Source: an uncultured Chloroflexia bacterium (lineage in GTDB: Bacteria; Chloroflexota; Limnocylindria; Limnocylindrales; CSP1-4). From it: a stretch of 64,000 bases of DNA. A program made the translations under genes and the position numbers. The DNA lies in NCBI GenBank assembly GCA_963809215.1, contig CAWEIJ010000003.1, positions 226,892 through 290,891 on the forward strand, given 5' to 3'. The notes under the pieces are model-generated. The model saw only the letters and a program-made list of their open reading frames with translations. It was not told the origin of the DNA and searched no databases. Positions within the stretch are counted from its first letter, which is position 1, and each line of letters begins with the position of its first letter. Positions 27,382 to 35,995 of this stretch are shown in pieces.

Positions 27382-27840
27382 CTACCAGCCCGCCGCCTGT
27401 GTCGCCATCCGATCGCGACGCAGCCAGACCCAGAGCGCCACGAGGAATCGAAGCACCAGGCTGATCCCGTACGACGCGCACCAGACGCAGATCGCGTCGA
27501 TGACGAAGACCTGGAGGTACGTGAAGTAGGCCTCGAACGTGACGCCCACGAGGCTGAACCCGTAATGCGTCGCGAGGAGCCGACGATCGCCCGTCCTCCA
27601 CCAGCCGATCGCGGCCACGAGGAGGACCAGGCTGAGGCAGACCCCGAAGACGGCCACGGGAATGCCGTCGATGCGACTGTACGGGGAGGTCGCGACGGTC
27701 TCGCAACCCTTGAGGGGGCCGCAGACCGGGACGCCACCGCCAAGCTCGACGACCGACAGGTACGAGGCGACCGCGAGGCCGAAGAGGTCGAGGGCGATGA
27801 GGATGAGCGCCGGATGGATCCGGCGGAGACGCGTGAACAT
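27382..27840 (-). CDS. vitamin K epoxide reductase (VKOR) family membrane protein
   Basis: Met84 of track ORF 27382-28089. Four TM segments, loop cysteines CGPLKGC, redox motif CVWC. Start uncertain (ATG 27891 is the alternative). Confidence 0.7.
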   Translation of the reverse strand: MFTRLRRIHPALILIALDLFGLAVASYLSVVELGGGVPVCGPLKGCETVATSPYSRIDGIPVAVFGVCLSLVLLVAAIGWWRTGDRRLLATHYGFSLVGVTFEAYFTYLQVFVIDAICVWCASYGISLVLRFLVALWVWLRRDRMATQAAGW

Positions 27841-28088
27841 GCTCCGAGGGTGGCTCCCACGGCACGGGTTCGTCAAGGGGCCGAAGGGCATGGGGGCCCG
27901 GGCCGCGTGGCGTGAGCGGTCGGACGGCCTCGCGACCGGGCCGCGTGGCGTGACGCGGCCGGACGGTCGCGACCGGGCCGATCGGCAACCCGCCGCCTCG
28001 CGTACCTCCGGGGGCGTCGGGTCCGGGCCGCTCGAGGCGCTCCGTCCCCTCGCGTGCGGCCCGGATCGTCGCGTGCCGCCGCGCAGCA

Positions 28089-28094
28089 TACGAT
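28089..28094 (+). promoter_or_regulatory. leaderless-type -10 (TACGAT-N6-ATG 28101)
   Basis: TANNNT hexamer 6 nt upstream of the VOC-domain gene. Confidence 0.5.
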
Positions 28095-28100
28095 TCGCGG

Positions 28101-28961
28101 ATGCTCCAGGGTATCGACCATCTCGTCATCGCCGTCGCGGACCCGGACGCCGCCGCGGCGGACGTCGAGGCGGCGCTCGGGCTTGCCGCGACCGGTGGCG
28201 GCCGCCACGAGACGGCGGGCACCTTCAACCGGCTGATCTTCCTCGGCGACACCTATGTCGAGCTGATCGGCGTGTGGGACCGCGCGCTGGCTGCCGCGAA
28301 CCCGATCGGAGCCGCGGCGCTCGCTGCCATCGATGCCGGGACGCCCGGCCTCGTGACCTGGGCGATGGCGTCGGACGGTGCGCGCGAGGATGTCGCGGCC
28401 CTCCGCGCGGCTGGCTCGCCGATCGGTGACGCCCTGCCCGGCGAGCGGATCCGCCCGGATGGCAAGGCGGTCCGCTGGCGCGTCGCCACCGCGCCGCCCC
28501 TGGCCATCGACCGACCGCCGTTCCTGATCGAGCACGAGCTCGGCGGTCCCGAATGGAGCGATGAGGCACGCCGCGCGCGGGCGCGCTTCGTCCACCCGTT
28601 CGGCGGACGCGCTCGGATCGTGGGACTTGAGCTCGCCGTCGCACGCCCCGCGGAGGTCGCGTCGTCCTTCGCGGCGACGGTCGGGGTCGCGTTCGGCCCG
28701 GCGCCGGGCGCCGGACCCGGGGAGCTGGAGGCGCTCGTCGGCGACCACTCGATCCGGCTGGTCTCCGCGCCGGGGCTGGGTTCCTGGTCCGCGCCGGGCC
28801 CTGGATCAGCGTCCGCGCCGGGGCCACCCGCGGGATCCGGGCTGGAATCCGGATCAAGGTCCAGGCCAGGGTCCGATCCAGGCGCGCGCGTCGGCATCCT
28901 CGCGACCGCGGGCGAGCACCTGCTCGTCGACCTCTGCGGAGTCCGGTTCGCGCGCCTCTGA
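28101..28961 (+). CDS. VOC/glyoxalase-like domain protein
   Basis: Track ORF. MLQGIDHLVIAVADPDAAAADVEAALGL... A low-complexity Pro/Gly/Ser insert lies near the C-terminus. Leaderless-type TACGAT lies 6 nt upstream. Confidence 0.7.
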   Translation: MLQGIDHLVIAVADPDAAAADVEAALGLAATGGGRHETAGTFNRLIFLGDTYVELIGVWDRALAAANPIGAAALAAIDAGTPGLVTWAMASDGAREDVAALRAAGSPIGDALPGERIRPDGKAVRWRVATAPPLAIDRPPFLIEHELGGPEWSDEARRARARFVHPFGGRARIVGLELAVARPAEVASSFAATVGVAFGPAPGAGPGELEALVGDHSIRLVSAPGLGSWSAPGPGSASAPGPPAGSGLESGSRSRPGSDPGARVGILATAGEHLLVDLCGVRFARL

Positions 28962-28996
28962 GGCACCGTGACCGACGCCGATCGGCGCGTTCGGCG

Positions 28997-29497
28997 TCAG
29001 CTCTCGGCAGCGACGATCTCGACAGAGTCGCCGGTCGCGACCGGACCTTCGACGATCACGCGCGCATACCAGCGGGAATCTTCCGGGTGGGTCTTCGGGC
29101 TGATCCGGGCGATCTGCCGGTCGACGAACCAGTGGGCGATCGTCTGGCACGGCGCCGCGTGCTTGGTGAGCTCGACCACGAGACCGCCGCGGCCGATCGC
29201 GAGGCGGTCGCCCGGGGCGAGCGTGGACCAGTCGATCCCCTCCAGGGTGAGATTCTCGCCGTAGGCACCGGGGAACGCCTGGTGGCCGTCCGCGCCGACG
29301 CGCGCGAGGGCCTCGACGCAGTAGAGGGAGACTGCCTGCATCTCGCCACCGTGGATCGGCTCCGGCTCGGCGTGCCCGTCACCGTCCAGACCGAGCCGAC
29401 GGACCTGCGTGGCGGCCACGGGCAGCTTGGGCACGCCGCCCCTCGAGACGTTGACCTGGTGGACGCGACCGGATCGCCGGGGTGCCGGGGAGCTCAT
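28997..29497 (-). CDS. MOSC domain protein
   Basis: Track ORF. VHQVNVSRGGVPKLPV..., GENLTLEGIDWSTLAPGDRLAIG, ELTKHAAPCQ. TAGTCT lies 8 nt upstream of the ATG. Confidence 0.85.
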   Translation of the reverse strand: MSSPAPRRSGRVHQVNVSRGGVPKLPVAATQVRRLGLDGDGHAEPEPIHGGEMQAVSLYCVEALARVGADGHQAFPGAYGENLTLEGIDWSTLAPGDRLAIGRGGLVVELTKHAAPCQTIAHWFVDRQIARISPKTHPEDSRWYARVIVEGPVATGDSVEIVAAES

Positions 29498-30284
29498 GCT
29501 CGGGAAGACTACCGGAGTCGTCGGGAGGCGTCCCCGCCAGCTCGACCGCGCGCACCAGGATCGCGTCGAGCATGGCGGCCGTGAGGCGGCCGGTGAACGT
29601 GTTCTGCTGGCTCGGGTGGAACGTGCCGAGCAGCGTGACCGGACCGACCGTCACTTCTGCGCCGTGACCGAAGCGTGGCCGCGGACGTGGGCCGGTGCCG
29701 CCGATCGCCTCGATCGCTCGAAGCGCCGCGGCCCAGCCGAAGGCGCCGAGCGCCACGATCACCCGCAGGTTGCCCAGCGTCGACAGCTCGCGGTGGAGGA
29801 ACGGCGCGCACCGATCGCGCTCGATCGGGGTTGGCGCGTTGGCGGGCGGCGCGCACCGAACGGCGGCCGTCACCCAGGCGCCCCTCAAGCCCAGGCCGTC
29901 GAAGGCGCGGGTCGACGTGGCCTGGTTCGCCAGTCCCGCCCGGTGCAGCGCGGCGAAGAGGAAGTCGCCCGAGCGATCGCCCGTGAAGACGCGGCCCGTG
30001 CGATTCCCCCCGTGCGCGGCCGGGGCCAGCCCGACGAAGACGATCCGTGCCTGTGCGTCCCCCCACCCGGGCACGGGCCGCGCCCAGTACGGCTCGCCAC
30101 GGTACCGCGCCGGCGGGTTCGCCGCGGCTGCCTCCCGCCACTCCACGAGCCGGGGGCAGGCCCGGCACGCGGAGATCTCCGCCGCGAGCGCGGCGAGCGC
30201 GCCGCGCTCGCCGGCGGGGTCGGGCATCCGCGACGCTCGCGCCGGTGGAGCGTCGGCGGGCGGGCGGCCGGGGTCGTCGTGCAT
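29379..30284 (-). CDS. uracil-DNA glycosylase, family 4/5 (UdgB-like)
   Basis: Track ORF. CRACPRL, GLAPAAHGGNRTGRVFTGD, GTFHPSQQN. The last ~40 codons overlap the MOSC gene by 119 nt, so the true stop may be earlier. TAGGAT lies 6 nt upstream of the ATG. Confidence 0.85.
   Translation of the reverse strand: MHDDPGRPPADAPPARASRMPDPAGERGALAALAAEISACRACPRLVEWREAAAANPPARYRGEPYWARPVPGWGDAQARIVFVGLAPAAHGGNRTGRVFTGDRSGDFLFAALHRAGLANQATSTRAFDGLGLRGAWVTAAVRCAPPANAPTPIERDRCAPFLHRELSTLGNLRVIVALGAFGWAAALRAIEAIGGTGPRPRPRFGHGAEVTVGPVTLLGTFHPSQQNTFTGRLTAAMLDAILVRAVELAGTPPDDSGSLPEHELPGTPAIRSRPPGQRLEGRRAQAARGRHAGPSARSGR
29506..29511 (-). promoter_or_regulatory. leaderless-type -10 (TAGTCT-N8-ATG 29497)
   Basis: TANNNT hexamer 8 nt upstream of the MOSC start. 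Lies inside the annotated 3' end of the UDG ORF. Confidence 0.4.
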
Positions 30285-30290
30285 CGCTCG

Positions 30291-30296
30291 ATCCTA
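30291..30296 (-). promoter_or_regulatory. leaderless-type -10 (TAGGAT-N6-ATG 30284)
   Basis: TANNNT hexamer 6 nt upstream of the UDG start. Confidence 0.5.
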
Positions 30297-30326
30297 CCGA
30301 ACGCTCACGAGCGGGAGCGTGGGCGC

Positions 30327-30384
30327 GGACGACCGAGGCGCGGGATTCGCCGGCGGACGACCGAGCGCGCGGGATTCGACGAAG
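30327..30384. repeat. 28/29-bp tandem repeat x2
   Basis: GGACGACCGAGGCGCGGGATTCGCCGGC / GGACGACCGAGCGCGCGGGATTCGACGAAG, just upstream of the UDG promoter. Confidence 0.7.
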
Positions 30385-30416
30385 GCCCGGCCGCCGACCG
30401 TGGTGACTCCCGCGAT

Positions 30417-30734
30417 AGCAGCCCCACGAGTGGTAAGCGATCCGCGGGGCCGATCCAGTCCGCGGGTCGCCCGTTTCCACGCTCGGGTTGAAGGGTTGGG
30501 AGACCGTCCGAATGGCGAATCCGGGCCGGGGCCCGCTTACCAGCACCCACACGAATATCGCGAGAGAGTCGGCGGGACGGCACGCTCCGTAGCAACCCCA
30601 CGAATACCGAGCAAGGAGGGCGGGACGCGCGCAGGGAGCGCGGGCCGGCACCGAGCCGCAACCCGCGCCTCGAGCCGGGACGGGGCAACGCTGAGGCCCG
30701 ACGACCGGCCGCAACCCGCGCCATGAGCCGTGAC
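30417..30734. repeat. dispersed degenerate repeats in a long non-coding region
   Basis: AGCA[GCA]CCC(C)ACGA[GA]T at about 30417, 30542 and 30591. CCGCAACCCGCGCC..GAGCCG.GAC at 30656 and 30709. Potential helix GTGGTAAGCG (30430-30439) with CGCTTACCA (30534-30542). Confidence 0.6.
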
Positions 30735-30812
30735 CCGGGCGCCCGCGCCCCGCACCGCGCGGCCCGAACGGGCTTCCCGGACGCGTCGTCCGGGCGCTCA
30801 CGGGCCCTCCGC

Positions 30813-30818
30813 TATAAT
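30813..30818 (+). promoter_or_regulatory. -10 box TATAAT upstream of pdxS (about 100-nt leader)
   Basis: Perfect TATAAT in a GC-rich context, about 103 nt before ATG 30921. No good -35. Confidence 0.45.
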
Positions 30819-30920
30819 CGGGCCACGCGCGCGGGCGACGGCGCGACCCAAGGCGGGCATGACCCCCCGGTCGGACGCTCCCGGAACCTCCGCCGACCAG
30901 ATCAGGGAACGCATTCAGAC

Positions 30921-31808
30921 ATGACCGTCGAAACCTCCACCTGGGCCACGAAGAAGGGCCTCGCCCAGATGCTCAAGGGCGGCGTCATCATGGACGTCGT
31001 CACGCCCGACCACGCGAAGATCGCGGAGGACGCCGGCGCCGTCGCTGTCATGGCGCTCGAGCGCGTCCCGTCCGACATCCGCGCCACGGGCGGGGTTGCC
31101 CGCATGAGCGATCCGGCGATGATCGAGGGGATCATGGCCGCGGTGAGCATCCCGGTCATGGCGAAGGCCCGCATCGGCCACTTCGTCGAGGCCCAGATCC
31201 TCGAGGCGCTCGGCGTCGACTACATCGACGAGTCCGAGGTCCTGACGCCCGCCGACGAGGCGAACCACATCGACAAGCACGCCTTCAAGGTGCCGTTCGT
31301 ATGCGGCTGCCGCGACCTGGGCGAGGCGCTCCGCCGGATCTCCGAGGGCGCGGCGATGGTCCGCACGAAGGGTGAGGCCGGAACGGGCAACATCGTCGAG
31401 GCGGTTCGCCACATCCGAACCGTGAACGCGGAGCTGCGGCGGCTGGCCTCGATGCGCGAGGACGAGCTGTTCGTCGCCGCGAAGGAGCTGCGCGCCCCGA
31501 TCGAGCTCGTTCGCGAGGTCGCGCGCGCAGGCGGCCTGCCGGTGGTCAACTTCGTGGCCGGCGGGATCGCCACCCCCGCGGACGCGGCGCTCGCGATGCA
31601 GCTGGGGGCGGACGGCGTGTTCGTGGGCTCGGGCATCTTCAAGAGCGAGGAGCCGGCCCGGATGGCGAACGCGATCGTCCAGGCGACCACCCACTTCGAC
31701 AACCCGAAGATCCTGGCCGAGGTCTCGAAGGGGCTGGGGGCCGCCATGCGCGGCATCGCGCTGGAGGCGATCCCCGATGCCGAGCGCCTCGCGACCCGGG
31801 GCTGGTAG
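30921..31808 (+). CDS. pdxS: pyridoxal 5'-phosphate synthase lyase subunit
   Basis: Met67 of track ORF 30723-31808. [52 protein letters not shown]... is the canonical PdxS sequence. Confidence 0.95.
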   Translation: MTVETSTWATKKGLAQMLKGGVIMDVVTPDHAKIAEDAGAVAVMALERVPSDIRATGGVARMSDPAMIEGIMAAVSIPVMAKARIGHFVEAQILEALGVDYIDESEVLTPADEANHIDKHAFKVPFVCGCRDLGEALRRISEGAAMVRTKGEAGTGNIVEAVRHIRTVNAELRRLASMREDELFVAAKELRAPIELVREVARAGGLPVVNFVAGGIATPADAALAMQLGADGVFVGSGIFKSEEPARMANAIVQATTHFDNPKILAEVSKGLGAAMRGIALEAIPDAERLATRGW

Positions 31809-31915
31809 TCGACGATACCGACGCGCGCTCGGCGGACCCGGCCGGTGACCTCGGCCGTCCGGACCCCGTCGCGGCGACCCGCCGGTGATCGACGACCCGT
31901 GACCGGAGCCGCGTC

Positions 31916-32554
31916 GTGAAGATCGGCGTCCTGGCCGTGCAGGGCGCCTTCCGCGAGCACGTCGCGACCCTCGCCGCGATCGGTGTCGAGGGCGTGGAGG
32001 TGCGCCTGCCCGCGGACCTCGACGAGGTGGCGGGCCTGATCCTGCCCGGCGGCGAGAGCACGACGATGCGCCGGCTGATCGCCCGGTGGGGCCTCCGCGA
32101 GCCGATCCTGGCGCTCGGCCGGTCCGGGGCACCGATCTTCGGCACGTGCGCAGGGATGATCATCCTCTCGACCGAGATCGCCGGTGGCGAGCAGCCCGTG
32201 CTCCCGCTCCTCCACGTGGTCGTCGAGCGCAACGCGTTCGGGCGGCAGCTCGATTCCTTCGAGACCCAGCTCTCGGTGCCGGTCCTGGGGGACACGCCGG
32301 TCCACGCCATCTTCATCCGGGCCCCGATCATCGAGGAGATCGGGCCCGACGTGGACGTGCTGGCGCGACTCGAGGATGGCCGGATCGTCGCGGTGCGCGA
32401 AAAGAACGTGATCGCCACCGCGTTCCACCCGGAGCTGGCCGGGGAGACGCGCTTCCACCGACTGGTTGCGACGATGGCAGCGGAGCACGCGGACCCGGGC
32501 GAGGGCAGCGGCCGGCGACATCACCCCACGCGCCGCGGGAGGTCCGAGGCGTGA
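31916..32554 (+). CDS. pdxT: pyridoxal 5'-phosphate synthase glutaminase subunit
   Basis: Track ORF (GTG start). KIGVLAVQGAFREH, catalytic GTCAGMI, AFHPELAGE. Confidence 0.9.
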   Translation: MKIGVLAVQGAFREHVATLAAIGVEGVEVRLPADLDEVAGLILPGGESTTMRRLIARWGLREPILALGRSGAPIFGTCAGMIILSTEIAGGEQPVLPLLHVVVERNAFGRQLDSFETQLSVPVLGDTPVHAIFIRAPIIEEIGPDVDVLARLEDGRIVAVREKNVIATAFHPELAGETRFHRLVATMAAEHADPGEGSGRRHHPTRRGRSEA

Positions 32555-32625
32555 CCGGCCGGCGCCACCACCCCACGCGGCGCACGAAGGCCGACGCATG
32601 ACCGGCCGGCACCCGACATTCGCGG
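32510..32625. repeat. 47-bp tandem repeat about 2.4 copies spanning the pdxT 3' end and the GNAT gene 5' end
   Basis: Unit 1 is 32510-32556 (..GGCCGGCGACATCACCCCACGCGCCGCGGGAGGTCCGAGGCGTGACC). Unit 2 is 32557-32603 (..ATGACC). A partial unit 3 follows. The GNAT ATG (32598) and a GTG (32551) occupy equivalent positions in the units. Confidence 0.7.
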
Positions 32626-33665
32626 GTCGCGGAGGCAAGGTCCGCCCGGCGCGCCTGACCGACCTCTCCGCGCTCGGCGAGCTCTCGCGCCTCGCCCAGG
32701 CCGATGGAACCGGCGCGCGCTCGCTCGGGCTCCCGCTGGCGGGCCCGCCGATCGGCGTCTTCACGCTGTTCCGGCTCCCTCTGGGTGCGTTCCGACCCAA
32801 CGACCTGCTGTACGTCCACGAGCTCGAGGGTCATGTCGGCGGGCTGCTGCGCGTGGAGCGCGACAGCGCACGCGACGAATGGACGATCGTGGAGCTCGAC
32901 GCGGTGGGGTTGGCCGACGCCGGCGACATCCGCTACCGGATGGTGCAGGCCTGCCTGCGCGATGGCACCAAGCGCGGGGCGACCCGCTTCCATGTCGCCT
33001 GCGCGGACGTGGACGGGAACGTCGAGCTGTTCATGCAGGCTGGATTCATGCGCTACGGGGACGAGCTGGTCTGCTTCCGGCCCTCGAGCCTGCCGCTCCC
33101 CGAACCGTTCACGGAGCAGGAGGCCGGCGAGCTGGGGATTCGCCCGGTCGGTGGGACGGACGCCGTCGCGCTGTTCCGGCTGTACAACGCGGTCACGCCC
33201 GCGCCCGTCGCGCGCCTGGAGATCCACCGGATCGCGGACTGGGAGCGCCACGCATCGGGGTCGCTCATGCCGCGCTCCAGCCTCACGCCGATCCTCCGTT
33301 TCGCCGACGTCGAGTCGTTCCTGCAGGAGGCCCCGGAGGGTGCTCCGGACCCGACCCAGCTGCAGGGATTCGTGCAGGTGGGCGTGGCGAAGGAGGACCA
33401 GCCGCACTACCTGCGCGTCCTGGTGCGGCCCGGCGCCGATGCGACACCGCTCATCCGGTTCGGCCTCGGCGTGATCGGGGCACGGGCCGAGAAACGGGAC
33501 CACGGCCACGACCACGGGGTCATCTCGCCGATCCGGACGTACGAATCGCCCCTCGAGCACCGCGTGGAGGAGGAAGGCTTCACGAACGTGGCCACCGTCA
33601 CGCTCCTCATGAAAGAGACGCTCGTCCGCGTCGCCGAGCCGGCCATGGTGCCGGCCATCCGCTGA
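32598..33665 (+). CDS. GNAT-fold acetyltransferase-like protein (two GNAT-like halves)
   Basis: Met45 of track ORF 32466-33665, with GAAGG 7 nt upstream. The [10 protein letters not shown]...[12 protein letters not shown]...[25 protein letters not shown] pattern fits an acetyltransferase core. Confidence 0.65.
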   Translation: MTGRHPTFAGRGGKVRPARLTDLSALGELSRLAQADGTGARSLGLPLAGPPIGVFTLFRLPLGAFRPNDLLYVHELEGHVGGLLRVERDSARDEWTIVELDAVGLADAGDIRYRMVQACLRDGTKRGATRFHVACADVDGNVELFMQAGFMRYGDELVCFRPSSLPLPEPFTEQEAGELGIRPVGGTDAVALFRLYNAVTPAPVARLEIHRIADWERHASGSLMPRSSLTPILRFADVESFLQEAPEGAPDPTQLQGFVQVGVAKEDQPHYLRVLVRPGADATPLIRFGLGVIGARAEKRDHGHDHGVISPIRTYESPLEHRVEEEGFTNVATVTLLMKETLVRVAEPAMVPAIR

Positions 33666-33675
33666 AGGCGAGGAA

Positions 33676-35883
33676 ATGGCCGACCATCCGACCCGCGAGT
33701 TGATCGACGACCTCGACGCGCTCCTCGGCGCGCTGCCCGCGGAGATCGTGGCCGCGATCCATGCCCTGCCGAACCAGACCGCGCTGATCGAGGTCGTGCT
33801 GGACCTGGGCCGCGTCCCGGAGGCGCGCTTCCCGGACAGCGAGGTGACGCTCCTCGAGCGCGAGGTGACGGAGGCGGACATCGCGCTCGTCGTCGAGAAG
33901 ATCGGCTCGTTCGGCGACGACAACCGGGCCGGCATCGAGCGGACGCTCCACCGGATCAGCGCGATCCGCAACCGCGCGGGCAAGATCGTGGGGCTGACCT
34001 GCCGGATCGGGCGGGCCGTCTACGGCACGATCGAGATCATCGGCGACTTCGTCGAGTCCGGGAAGTCGATCCTCATCATGGGTCGCCCCGGGATCGGCAA
34101 GACCACGATGCTGCGCGAGGCCGCCCGCGTCCTGGCCGACGATCTCGGCAAGCGCGTCGTCGTGGTCGACACTTCGAACGAGATCGCGGGCGACGGCGAC
34201 ATCCCGCACCCGGCCATCGGCAAGGCCCGCCGCATGCAGGTCCGGACGCCGTCGCTCCAGCACGAGGTGATGATCGAGGCGGTCGAGAACCACATGCCGC
34301 AGGTCATCGTGATCGACGAGATCGGGACGGAGCTGGAAGCGCTGGCAGCCCGCACGATCGCCGAGCGCGGCGTCCAGCTCATCGGGACGGCTCACGGCAA
34401 CAACCTCGACAACCTGATGCTGAACCCGACGCTCTCCGACCTGATCGGCGGGATCCAGAGCGTCACGCTCGGCGACGAGGAGGCACGCCGCCGCCGCACG
34501 CAGAAGAGCGTCCTCGAGCGCAAGGCGCCGCCGACCTTCGACGTGATCGTGGAGATCCAGGACCGCGAGCGGGTGATGGTCCACGGGGACGTGGGGGAGA
34601 CGATCGACGCGATGCTGCGCGGCGACCCGGTCGCGCCGGAGCTGCGCTGGAAGGACGAGGGCGGCGTCCATCGGTCCCAGTCGCGGCCACGGCCATCTCC
34701 GCGCGAGCAGCTGGGCCGCGAGCGGTTCGCCGGCCTCGTCGGCGCGGGCAGTGGCGGCTGGCGGCAGGAGCCGGGCTGGCGCGGCGACACCACCTACCGG
34801 AGCGCGACGTGGGAGGGGGACCGCGGGACGGTCCAGCGCCCGCCCGCCTTCCGCCCGGGCGCGAGCGGCGGCTGGCGCGAGCCACGGGGCGGCCGGTCGG
34901 CGGGAGGCGGCGATCGGTCCGTGGCCGGTGCCGACGCCGCCCGGGTGATGCCCGGGGAGCGGATCGCGCACCACGACGACCGCGGGCCGTTCGGCGGCCC
35001 CCCGACCGGCGGGGCGCCGCCCGGCGGCGGTCCATCGGCCGACGGCGGTCCGAACGGCCGCCCGGGGAACGGCTCTCAGCCGGAGGGCGCGCCCGGCGCC
35101 AGGCCCGCCAGCCGATTCGCGATCACGGACGCGCCGTTCGTCGCGGGCGAGATCGCCGACCGCGGTCCACTGGAGCGGGCGGGCACGGCCGTCGCCGCGG
35201 CGGAGGTCCATGCGCGCGAGGCGCGCGAGCTCGACCGCCACCGCGAGTGGCGCGACCAGGCAAGCCGCGCGCTCGAGGCGTTCAAGGCGGAGGAAGGGAC
35301 CGGGCCGGTCAACGCGGCCGACCTGGCCGCCGACGACGAGGCGCTCGCCGATCGGGCCATCGCCGCCGCTCGCGACGAGGACGGCCCGGCGCTCCACGTC
35401 GAGCGCGGCATCCTTCCGACGCTCCGGGTCTTCCCGTTCGGGATCAGCCGGAAGCGCCTGGAGCAGGCGATCCGCGAGCTCCAGCTGCCGGTGATCGTCG
35501 CGCGCGACATCGACGAGGCCGACCTCGTGATGACGCTCCGCAGCGAGTACCGCCAGAAGGGCCCGACGATCCGCGACGCGGAGAGCCGGGCGATGCCCGT
35601 CTACGTCCTGAAGGCGAACACGACGATCCAGATGCAGGCGAGCCTCACGTCCGTGTTCAGCCTGGAGGTGGATCCGCGCCAGGCCGCGCTCCTCGAGACG
35701 GAGGAGGCGATCGGGATGGTCGTCCGCGAGTCCCAGGCCGTGGAGCTGGCGCCGCAGAGCGCCTACATCCGGCGGCTCCAGCACCAGATGGCAGAGCGGG
35801 CGAACCTCGTCTCGCGATCGCGCGGGCGCGAGCCGTACCGGCGCGTCCGCCTCTACCCGGACGAGGTCCGCGGCTGGCGGTAG
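33676..35883 (+). CDS. SpoIIIAA/Ycf45-like P-loop ATPase with C-terminal R3H nucleic-acid-binding domain
   Basis: Track ORF. Walker [10 protein letters not shown], Walker B VIVIDEIG. Long Gly/Pro/Arg-rich linker. C-terminal ...[38 protein letters not shown] is R3H-like. Confidence 0.85.
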   Translation: MADHPTRELIDDLDALLGALPAEIVAAIHALPNQTALIEVVLDLGRVPEARFPDSEVTLLEREVTEADIALVVEKIGSFGDDNRAGIERTLHRISAIRNRAGKIVGLTCRIGRAVYGTIEIIGDFVESGKSILIMGRPGIGKTTMLREAARVLADDLGKRVVVVDTSNEIAGDGDIPHPAIGKARRMQVRTPSLQHEVMIEAVENHMPQVIVIDEIGTELEALAARTIAERGVQLIGTAHGNNLDNLMLNPTLSDLIGGIQSVTLGDEEARRRRTQKSVLERKAPPTFDVIVEIQDRERVMVHGDVGETIDAMLRGDPVAPELRWKDEGGVHRSQSRPRPSPREQLGRERFAGLVGAGSGGWRQEPGWRGDTTYRSATWEGDRGTVQRPPAFRPGASGGWREPRGGRSAGGGDRSVAGADAARVMPGERIAHHDDRGPFGGPPTGGAPPGGGPSADGGPNGRPGNGSQPEGAPGARPASRFAITDAPFVAGEIADRGPLERAGTAVAAAEVHAREARELDRHREWRDQASRALEAFKAEEGTGPVNAADLAADDEALADRAIAAARDEDGPALHVERGILPTLRVFPFGISRKRLEQAIRELQLPVIVARDIDEADLVMTLRSEYRQKGPTIRDAESRAMPVYVLKANTTIQMQASLTSVFSLEVDPRQAALLETEEAIGMVVRESQAVELAPQSAYIRRLQHQMAERANLVSRSRGREPYRRVRLYPDEVRGWR

Positions 35884-35983
35884 GCGTCAGGGACGGGCCG
35901 CGATTCGCGGCGCGGATCGGTGCCGGGTCCAGCGAAACGGTCACGCGCCGCCGCCGGCGGTCCCCGCGCTTGACGCACGGCCG

Positions 35984-35989
35984 TACGCT
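35984..35989 (+). promoter_or_regulatory. leaderless-type -10 (TACGCT-N6-GTG 35996)
   Basis: TANNNT hexamer 6 nt upstream of the P-type ATPase start. Confidence 0.45.
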
Positions 35990-35995
35990 CCGCGC

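Noticed and set aside
30340-30384. tmRNA or tRNA-like element suggested by GGGATTCGACG / GGGATTCGCCG
   Set aside because: These resemble the tmRNA 5' GGAUUCGACG segment only locally. There is no T-arm (GGTTCGAnTCC), no acceptor/CCA end and no tag reading frame, and the motif is simply part of a 28-bp tandem duplication.
30490-30545. Cobalamin-riboswitch-like strings (GGGAGACC, GGCGAATCCGG, CCCGC)
   Set aside because: The order of the elements is wrong for the known consensus, in which the B12 box lies 3' of the GGUG..AAUCC..CCCGC core. The conserved ACUG/CCACUG parts are missing, and neither flanking gene (udg, pdxS) is cobalamin-related. This remains unconfirmed without a covariance-model scan.
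29509-30801. Repeated YSWGCY / YHSWGCY / YSCGCW peptides in minus-strand ORFs as possible RiPP precursor repeats
   Set aside because: The frames are long shadow ORFs running antisense through the UDG gene. The peptide repeats merely mirror the DNA repeats at about 30417, 30542 and 30591. They lack start signals and have poor coding-like third-position bias, and no maturation enzymes are nearby.
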